Assembly (NCBI GenBank): GCA_000708835.1
Contig: DF237066.1
Coordinates: forward strand, 126,856-190,855
DNA from: Klebsormidium nitens
Taxonomy: Eukaryota > Plantae > Klebsormidiophyceae
Direction of reading: 5' to 3'
DNA length: 64,000 nucleotides
Shown here: positions 55,109 through 64,000 of the stretch, in pieces
Layout of the letters: every line of letters starts with the position of its first letter
Numbering within the stretch: the first letter of the stretch is position 1
The notes under the pieces: model-generated
Seen by the model: only the letters and a program-made list of their open reading frames with translations
The model's database searches: none
Told to the model about the DNA's origin: nothing
Made by a program: the position numbers and the translations under genes

Positions 55109-56913
55109 GGTGCCCTCTGACCCACCTTGGCGAAACCCCATTTTCTGCTTTCAAGGAACAGAAGGACCTTCCGAGGTCACCCTTTGTGGACACTCTATTC
55201 ACCTGTCGACCTCCCTATGCTCACGTCACGACCTCTCAAGCTTGACAGGATGTCTCAAGTGGTCATGCGGTCGTAGCATTGTCGGCATTGCTGACACCTG
55301 TCTTTAAAAGCGAAGTGACTCGATCCAAAAGGAGCCTCGTAGAATGTCGAAGTGGCATTGACTTGCAACCGGGCTTGGAGCAATGCCGGCTTCAGCACGC
55401 CTCACCCCGCGCCTCTCAATTGCCCTGCAGCTTAGTAAGGAGCTGTCTAACTGTACGCCTCCACCACTACAATTTTGAGAGCTTTCGTTGGCTGGCCTGT
55501 AAGAAGCTCTCTGCATTCCGCGTATGCTAGCTAGGCTACTGGGCGGCTCAGCCCCAATACCGGTAGCAGCAGCCTAGAGCAGGAACTTGCAAAACCGCTC
55601 GAGGGGCAGTGTCTGCAATGGTACTATCAGGTCAGGTAGTCTTAGGTACCGATCTGGAGTAGCTGCTAGGTAGTCACTTCCTAGTATCTACCGGTACACT
55701 GCGGTATCTGCCCTCTATGGGCCGGACTCTTCGTGCCAGAAGTTTGCGGTACTAGGTAGTGGCGATCGGGGTGCATCTTCGGCCGATAACTGATTTATGC
55801 ATTCGAGATAAGTTATGACCGTCGATGTGATATAAAAGATCTGATCGAACCGTGAATGACTCAGCCTGCTTTAGTACGCGCGTGTTCGATCCATCCGCCG
55901 ACACAAGGTGAACCCGACACAGTCCCCGACAAAGATGACCGTTATGGCAGTGACAGGCCGACACGTGGCTTTGCCGCCAGATTTCGTTAGATTTTCCTCA
56001 GAGTCAGGCTTGCCACTGATCGTGGTAAGCCAATGCACTGGTGGCACTGACTGGTGCTTGGATCATCATAGGTAGCAGCATTGTCTTTCGACTGCATGAA
56101 CCTTATATTCTAAGAAAATATGGTTAGAGTACCCACAATAATTCTTAAGAATTAGCCTGTGAATAGTAAAAATCGCTATCATGGCCCGTATCATGATGGA
56201 CGGTTCAAGACCTTGACTGCGGCAAATTGAACGTTGACTCACGGTTATAGAAGTGCAATTAATTGTAGCAATTACATAGCCAGCGCCTCAGCAACGAACC
56301 GCACACTTTGGCCGCCTGGCTTAGTCCTTTAGTCTTTTCCAAGTCTGGCTGAACCACAGTATGCATAGGAGGATAGGAGACGGTTACTGGTGCATGCGTA
56401 CTCAGCATTTGAACCTCAATGAATGCATGATGCACGTCAGATAATATGAAGCCGGGGGCCGGCATCATCTCGCAACTTATAACGGCTTCAATTGAACTAG
56501 TACTTGCAGCAAAGAGACATTCCGCCCATGTTCTAACTCAGCCGAACGCCAGTATACTTTTCTACCGAACGCCAGTATACGTTTCTACAAATACATTAGG
56601 TTGCATTTTGCGTTTCAACCAAGCAAGTTTCAAAGGCCTATACTTCATTAATCTGCTCCAAGTGGCGACTTGATTCACTAATTCGGAACGTTCCAATAAT
56701 CAATGACTTGCTTGGAGCAGCGCTGCCGTTGCAAGATCCGTACGTATATGGAGCTCTTTTATACTTTAGTTATTCGAGATATCTTTGTGTGAATATGTAC
56801 TGTCATTTAAGCTGTGCCGAGCTTTCCTACAATGGAAGGTTCACTTTTTTGCAGAAAGCAACCAATTCGACGACTCCAGTGTGTTTTAGGGTTTCAGGGT
56901 TTAGCGTCCATTT

Positions 56914-59900
56914 CTACAAAGTGTGCCCTTTCAAGAAAGACAGGTGAGCCAAATGGCCCACGTCGCCCCAATGGAGGACGTCCCACTTGCCGGTGGTAGA
57001 GACGGATACGACGCTGAAGGAGCAATTCGCTACCTCGCCCTTACAGGGGTAACCCGTGGCATGCTCGTGTAGGGCGTGGATGACGCCTCCATGACACACC
57101 ACAACGACGCGTTCGCCTGCGTGGCACGGACGCAAGACGTAGAGTAGGAGAAAAGTAAAGTAATTCAGATTTAGATTTAAACATCATTTATCAAAAGAGA
57201 CGTACGAGAAACATCACGTTCAATGCAGAAACGGAGGGCTCTCAAGGGAGAGTGGCACAGAAATACCAAGGGGGTGACGCACTTTGTCCTCCACCACGCG
57301 CAGATCTTCGAATGATATCAAACGTCATAGACTCAACACACGATACACATCGCGGAAAGTGGAAGAAATCCCTATAGGACAGGGGTCGAATGTGACATGC
57401 CAACTGATTGTGTCTGAATGAGAGGACTGATCGAGATCGCCCTCTTAAGCTTCTGTCGTCCGGATACACACAAATTGGTCAATGATGATGCGCATCGTAT
57501 ACTCAACGAGCCATATAATACCGCGGAAAACACACCAAAGCCGACATGCAGACTGATAGTTTCTTTGGGATTCTTTCAACCGATCAAGACCGTCCTGTTA
57601 CGCTTTCAAGCCAAAAAAACGAAAAACAAAAAAACTTCCGGCTGTCCCAAACAGCAAACCGACCGGGGCGTGGTCTCAAAACACATTTACAGCCACTGCG
57701 AGAACGCCGACATTTGCTGGAGTGGGGTGGGGGCCCGGCGGCTGGCGAAAGTGCCCGGCGGCTGAGGGGCCTAGGGGTCCGGCGGCCGGCGGCTGTGCCC
57801 GGAGAAAACTGGCCCGGGGTCCAAACCAACAATTAGAAATGCAGGATTCTAGATATGCCGGCGGTTTTCGCAGCCGCTACGCGCTTATGGAAAATAGGAA
57901 ATAGTTTTTTTTGCATAGCCGGCCGTATATTGCCCAAAAAGTGTCGAATAGCCCCAGTTTTTGGAATTTTGATCCCCTTTTTTGGGGGGGCCTAGCCCGG
58001 CGGCTGGCCCCAAATCTGGCTCAAAATTCAGGGGGGTCGGGGCCCGGCGGCTGGCAAATTGTCGGCGTTCTCGTAGTGACTGCAAATCTGTTTTGAGACC
58101 ACGCCCGAAGCACGACCCATAAAAATCTTCAGAAGAAGGCAGAGGATAGACCTACCGCGGTGTGCGCGAGCGAGATCCTCGACTGCCGCCGCAGCCCTCT
58201 GTTGCAGCTGTGCTCGGCTCTCCCCTCCTCCAGCAATTGAGACGTCCTTTCTTTTGCTTTCAAGAGCCCGCAGCGCTTCCGGCTCGCTTTGCCGAGCCTC
58301 CTTGACCGTCAAACCCTGTGGCGTTTGAGCGGTTATAGTCAAGGAAGGAGAAGTTTGAGAGAGTGCTCGGTTCAGATGAGAGCCGAACAGAGAGCGTTGC
58401 CGAGCCTCTTTGACGGTCAAAGCCTGTGCAGTTGGGGAAAATCGATAGGGACTAGGAATATACCTGATGGAAAACAGTGCGACTTAGAGCCGTGTAAGGG
58501 AGCAATGGAAGAAAGCGGAGCGATTGTGAAAGAGATTTGGATACGATGGAAGTGGGAAAGAGCGTCGAGTCAAAGATGTCGAGATGGTGACAGTGCCCAA
58601 ACAGGAACAAGTCTGAGTGACAGAGAAGGATCGCTGCAAGAGTTTTGTCAGTCAGGTGGCTTTCAGTCCGTCAGATTAGCAATATTATCGCAAAGCGGAC
58701 GCGAAAAGTGGACGCGAAAGTAGAAGTCAGTCGTGCATAGCATGCTCGTTAGATACGGAGAAGTAAGGGATGTTTCTTCCTGAAGAAAGAAAGGAAGAAA
58801 GAAATGCTCGTTGGGGACGGCTAGAACAGGATCATCCGTTAAGTTCAGTCGATGTCACCTGTGATCGAAGAAAGCAAAAATGGGCTCCGGATTTGCTCGA
58901 GCCAACCGACCAGTCTGACGACGTGAGATACATTGAAGACGCTCCATCTACAGGGTATTTAAAGAGTTAGGGGACTTTTTAGGACATGATGAAGCTCCAC
59001 GATTTTTCAGTAGCAGAAAAGTAACGTACAACATTGTTACTGCAGAGCTGACCACAGCAAAATGTAGGTCATTCATATGTTCAACACTGGAAAGTCGATA
59101 TGCAATCACGAGAGACTGTACGAGACTGCACCCTCCTCAAACGCTCCTCTGTATGTCTTTCCTCAAGAGGTCCACAAAAGGCATGGAGCCACAAAGTCCT
59201 AAGGTACCAGAATAGAAACTTCCTTTCGTCTCGCAGTCGACAGTGCGACAACCGAGTTCACAACCAACGGGCGTTGCATAGAGCAACTGCAGAAGAACCA
59301 GAAAAGGAAAGTTCCTCTTATCTTGTTGTCAACAGTACAACATCAGACTTCGCTTCCAAAGGCCGTTACCTGAAGAACACCCAAATGACGTTCCCTCAGA
59401 TCTGCCCTTGTGATTACTGCCTGAGCGACGCCGCCAGCCGCTGCGATCGCTTCACCAGTTAGGCGCGCCCTCTTTAGGTCGGAAGTATACACTGTAGTGA
59501 GTGGAAGATCCCCCTGAGCCAGTCGGCGAGCGACTGCCTCTGCTTGCTGAAAACCGAGCTCGTTCAGGTCAGAGTCGTACTGTCCCTGTAAGCAGGGTTT
59601 GGTGAAACTTAAGCGGGTTATCTTAAACCAGAACGAGGAAAGATTCATCCAGGCTACCATCGCTGGAAGCCGAGCTCGTTCAGGTCTTAGTCATAATGTC
59701 CCTATAATTAAGGTTGGTGAAAGTTGAGGGCAATTGATTCGAGCCAGGAAAGGTACATCCAGGCCACAGTTGCTAGAAACTGGGCTCATTAAGGTCACAG
59801 TCGTATTGTCCCTGCAGACCAGGTTTGACTTGATCATGATTAACCAGACAAAGCAACAGGTAGTGCTTCTCAATTGCTTCGCAAGTGTGATCAAGTCTTG

Positions 59901-60429
59901 GATTTGAGCGAATTATGACTTGACATTATAAGTCAGCGCCGTTCTTGTCTTTCAAACCAAGGGTATAAATTTCTCTTCATTTTGACCCCAACGACCTTGA
60001 CTTGAACCGAGACTGTGAGCACCCAATCCATTGAGGTCAAACTTGTGCTGCCCATGGGATCGAATGACTAAAGTCAGGTGAGGTTACCAGTCCACCAGAA
60101 TAGGACAAGATTCAATGTTGCTTTGTTAGAGGTTGCTTTAGTCAATTTCAATCACAGTTAAGAAATACTTTTGAAGGTGCTTACCGTGAAGGAATGGGTC
60201 TATCCGATCAGAACTCAGCAGAATGTGGCCTGCTCTTTGCTGCTTGCTTTTTACTGCTTACACTTTTGGTCACATTTCGTCCCCACTTCAGAATGAAAGA
60301 GTTTGCTTTCCAAAAAGTCCTTGCCTGCAGACGCCCGCTCTTGTTCCATGTTGTTTCACCGTGCCTAACGATGATCACTTCGGTAAACGATGTATGCACT
60401 GGGCCGGGTATCCAACCAAGATCGCCCAT
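56914..60429 (-). CDS. Histidine phosphatase / phosphoglycerate mutase-like protein, 4 exons: 60429-60325, 59585-59370, 58315-58156, 57116-56914; intron 1 is GC-AG
   Basis: VRHGETTWN...RLQ|GQYDSDLNELG, YTSDLKRARLT, DLRERHLGVLQ|GLT, GGGES, VVVCHGG..., NCSFSV, WGDVGHL. The 3' end is uncertain. Confidence 0.88.
57666..58106. mobile_element. ~440-bp intronic MITE with ~50-bp TIRs and internal GCCCGGCGGCTG repeats
   Basis: Left gggcgtggtctcaaaacacatttacagccactgcgagaacgccgacatttgc matches the reverse complement of the right end, gggcgtggtctcaaaacagatttgcagtcactacgagaacgccgacaatttgc. No clear TSD. Confidence 0.8.
59640..59850 (-). repeat. Two degenerate copies of the acceptor plus start of PGM-like exon 2
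   Basis: Real: cag|GGACAGTACGACTCTGACCTGAACGAGCTCGG (59585). Copies: tag|GGACATTATGACTAAGACCTGAACGAGCTCGG (59701) and cag|GGACAATACGACTGTGACCTTAATGAGCCCAG (59811). Confidence 0.9.
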
Positions 60430-60899
60430 ATGTCTGCCGTGCGCTGTATAGAGCAGAAAAGCTATGAATTGACTGCTTGCGCTTGCTCGGAAAGGTGACT
60501 TTTCAACTTCATTCGATCGTTCTCGGTTTTTAGCGCTGGACTTGTTCCTTAAGAGTCCAGAATGGTCGTCAGCAGAGTCACTCGGTACCAAAAGAACAAG
60601 AAAAGTACAGAGATCTTACATGGCCAAGTGGCACCTTCAGACACCGGCCTTGTGAAGAAAGTTTGTAAATGGTGATCAGAGCCGTTATTATAAAGTGCAG
60701 CACAGAAACACAGGTACGCCAGGACAGATTTGCAAACCAGCTTCCGTTTCGCGGCTTACATTCTGCGTCCTGATAATTCTACAGGCAACGTGCGTAAAAC
60801 ATCGACTAGATGCTTCGCACAAGTCAATTCAATGGAGCTTTCCTTTTAAAGAGATTATCACAAAAAATACGGCTATGTTTAGAAAGGTGGACTACTGTC

Positions 60900-62680
60900 T
60901 GACCGGTGGCGCAGCGATAAACGACTGGAGCAAGCGTCCAGAAGCTATAGAGCTGGCTGCGAAAAAACTTGAGCACTTACTACGTCATGATATCAGCTGT
61001 CAAGCAGGCATTCAGGGACACAGCTGCAGCACCAAGCTCAAAATTATCGAGATGCAGCCCCTCCCAGAAGCAGAACAAGAGTCAGATGATGTGATCAACC
61101 CGCATGCAATCAGATAGATGACTGCGGTAAAGCGGAGCCGTACCTTTCGTTACCCAGCGACTCCAAAAGCGACGCTGTTGAAGCCGGTACTTGCAGCGCA
61201 CACGATCAGCTGGAGAAGGAAACTAGAGCAGGTCTGGCTGGCAATTGGGTGGACGCTTGGCAGACTCTGGTAGATCTGGTGTCGGAAAGATCAGCTGGGA
61301 TCAGAAGATCTGAAGAGCTGTCCCTTACTAGCGTCAGCGATATTGGCGCTGTGAGATGTGATCAAGGGTCTGGAAGAATTTTAAGGTACCTAGAATCAGA
61401 TGCGAAGCACTGAGCAGGTGCCCAAAAACAGGTTGCTTCAAGGAACTGTGCAAGGAGGACCCGCGAAAGCTAGACTGCAATTTGCTGCGCAATTCTGTTG
61501 AGTCTCGACGAGGGGGCTCCCCCTCAGTGGCGATTGCCGTTGGACATGTCTCTTATCGAACCTCCTCCCGAGGAGCCCGGAGCTTCCGCAACAGAAGTTA
61601 TGGAGACTAGTAGAGGGCTCAGGGGTCCGGTCGGACGCGAATTCTTTAGAAACTTGTGTCGAAGCCGGCAGTTTGTCGGTGTCAGATTCACGTTTTGCCG
61701 AGTCGCAACTCAATCGACGGCCTCCGTGATCCGACGTGGCATATATTTCCCGCAGATACCGGAGAAGCATCTGCAGTACTCGAGTTGGATCGCGTGCTCA
61801 AGTGCAAGGCATCGTGTCAAAACACTTGTGCAAGTGCGTCCGGACCTCCGAAAAAACTAGATTGGCAGCACACTGTGCTGCACTCGGCATGCCATTTGAT
61901 CGATTTACCATGTACATATTGCGCCGAGCGGGTTCAATGAGACCGTCGGATCTACGAATTTTGATCCCAATAGATTTTGATCCCTGATGATCAGGCTTTT
62001 CCTTTTGACACAAAATAGGCAGGAGCGTTCCGAGGCGACGGTTGTACCCCCTGGAGCGAGCTAAAATCGCAGTCGACGGCCTGCGACTTTCGACCTCATG
62101 TGCGAACGCCCATCTGAGGGCCTGCGACCGTCGGCCGATCTACATGAACCGCATAATACGACAAACACTTGCGAATATACTGTATTGTTTTCTAGCGTCA
62201 GCTACGAGAAAGTACTCACAAATCCTGCCCGATGCGTACACCGACTTTGCTATAGCACTGCGAACCTCCTGGAAAAAAGGTCGTCCAGATTCTTCTCGCA
62301 TAAGAGAATCGATGGATTTCTAGGGGTAACAAGGCGGACGAACAAGCGAGGGTCCCTGGGACGCGGTCGCCAAGAATTTTGCGACGTCGTACTGCGGCAT
62401 TGGACGACACCATTCCGGAGGCTTTCGCCATTTTCAATAACGCGTACGCTCGCGCGCATCCGGGGTGCACATGGGACAGCAAGAAAATGGCATGCCAACT
62501 AGGACGAAGCAATCCGCCTCCGGCGGATTTTGCAGCTCGCCTCAATAATGAAAGCACAATATTTCTTAAAATGGCAAGGCTGAGGGTGGGTGGGAGGGCG
62601 GCCCGGTCACACACAATGGGTGGGTGGGAGGGCGGGAAAAACTCCGTGCACTGCCCGGTACAAGAATGGAAATAATCCAA
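60900..62680 (+). pseudogene. Degenerate, partly Cys-rich coding-like relic, possibly TE-derived; unidentified
   Basis: Protein-like fragments in shifting frames (CEALSRCPKTGCFKELCKEDPRKLDC; VLELDRVLKCKASCQNTC; DDTIPEAFAIFNNAYARAHPGCTWDSKKMAC) followed by subterminal-type repeats. Confidence 0.22.
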
Positions 62681-62861
62681 CAATACCGTAGTCCTGATGA
62701 ATTGAGTCTCTTCTTAGGGGGGGCGGGAGGGCGGCCCGGTTTGAGACCTTGACTCATATTTCTTCCCGAATGACCCGGCCGAGTCCCCCTGGGCCATCTC
62801 TCATTTATCGGGCGAATTAATCCTACCGTACAACGCCGAAAACTCGGGAAAAGTGGGTTAT

Positions 62862-63201
62862 CCAGGGAGGGCGGGTGTGGAGAATAGCGTACAGAACTTG
62901 CTCTCAGGTTCCGGATCTCAGGACATTCCGGATCTGAGGAAACAACCGCCGGGGGTTCAGCTCTTCCCTGTTTTGTAACCCCTCTTACAATGTCTGCGAA
63001 TTTCACTCGGCCGCCCGGTGAAAGTCGGGATACGATCAGAACCGTTCGATGCAAGTTCAAAGCAGACCTAAGGGCCTAGATTCTTTGTCCGGGACCGGTG
63101 GAGTCGTACGGTACATCTACAGGTGTCGCCGGTCCCGAGATCGAGAAAGGTTCCTGAGATCAGGAATTTTGTACGCTTTTCTCCACACCCGCCCTCCCAG
63201 G
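62862..63201. mobile_element. 340-bp foldback/MITE with ~45-bp imperfect TIRs
   Basis: Left ccagggagggcgggtgtggagaatagcgtacagaact matches the reverse complement of the right end, cctgggagggcgggtgtggagaaaagcgtacaaaatt. The GGGAGGGCGG motif also occurs three times in 62590-62735. Confidence 0.65.
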
Positions 63202-63531
63202 ACGTTAAGCTTCTGTACGGGCAACTGAAGTGACGGTCAAGCCTTGAGGAAATATCCATGTAGGGTTTGCCCCTCGCCATTAATACACAAAAAGCCGAAT
63301 TTTGCTGTACGCCGAGGAACAAGCTGTCTCAACCATCCGGGTACTTTGTGCAAACTTTACTGTACGTATCTATCGATTACACAGCATAATTTGTTTGGCA
63401 CGAAACTTGATTGAATTTCAAAGTATAGCATTGCGGCCAAATCCAGCGATCTTTATGCGGGGACGTCGTACAGCAAACTTTTTTGCCAGAAGGACCCCAC
63501 ATCCGGATGTATAAATACGGGCGAGCTAAAA

Positions 63532-63990
63532 ACCGGCCACCAGGGGGGCACGGCCAAAAATCGACCCAGAAAATACCGGCCACCAGGGGTGGCCAAGCCC
63601 CGACCGAAAATAAGTCAAAATCAGATATATATATATAGGAGGATGGGGTCTACAGAATATGTTTAAAACATAAGCAATCCACTTGCTAGGGAACAGGCCC
63701 AATAGGGTCCAATTCGGAGCCGTATAAGCAAGAAGCCTTATAAGGCAAGAAGCCTTATAAGGCAAGAAGCCTGATGTATATAAGCGGACCCTTGTCATTT
63801 TTGACAAAACCCGTTTGACCATCTTCGAGACCGGTCGGTTGGTGTGGCCTGACTTCAGGCTTGCATGGGGCTGGCGAGGGCAGGTAGATGTATACGAAGT
63901 CCAGTATATATTTATAGGCGGAGTGTTTTGAGATACGTGACTTTTAAAATGCTGTGAAAGTGATCAACCGGGCACCGGCCACCAGCCCCC
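63532..63990. repeat. Clustered short repeats (ACCGGCCACCAG x3; 17-bp TTATAAGGCAAGAAGCC x~3), TE-subterminal-like
   Basis: accggccaccag at ~63532, ~63575 and ~63975. Tandem 17-mer at 63722-63771. Confidence 0.6.
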
Positions 63991-64000
63991 TCGACTCTTC

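Noticed and set aside
56883-56905. TTTTAGGGTTTCAGGGTTTAG as interstitial telomeric repeat
   Set aside because: Only about 3 degenerate units, which could be chance or a telo-box.

Overview
Eukaryotic nuclear DNA, about 50% GC and intron-rich (GT-AG plus one GC-AG intron). Gene content and style suggest a streptophyte green alga, probably Klebsormidium-like (inference). I reconstructed these genes by hand: a 9-exon flavin monooxygenase (FMO), a small YfiM/DUF2279-like membrane protein, chloroplast ATP synthase gamma (atpC), phytanoyl-CoA dioxygenase (PAHX), an intronless F-box/LRR-like gene, a TIN1 homologue, a plant-type O-fucosyltransferase and a histidine-phosphatase/PGM-like gene. Two intronless paralogues encode 2-TM proteins resembling the PAC(TMEM206)/DEG-ENaC channel superfamily. 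The window also has several MITE or foldback elements (two with 9-bp TSDs and a shared core) and degenerate ORF relics. The most striking unexplained structure is an 'exon echo' pattern. In five multi-exon genes, intron sequence next to an exon contains decayed tandem copies, roughly 105-175 bp apart, of that exon's own splice junction: acceptor plus exon start upstream, exon end plus donor downstream. I recognised no rRNA, tRNA or CRISPR array.
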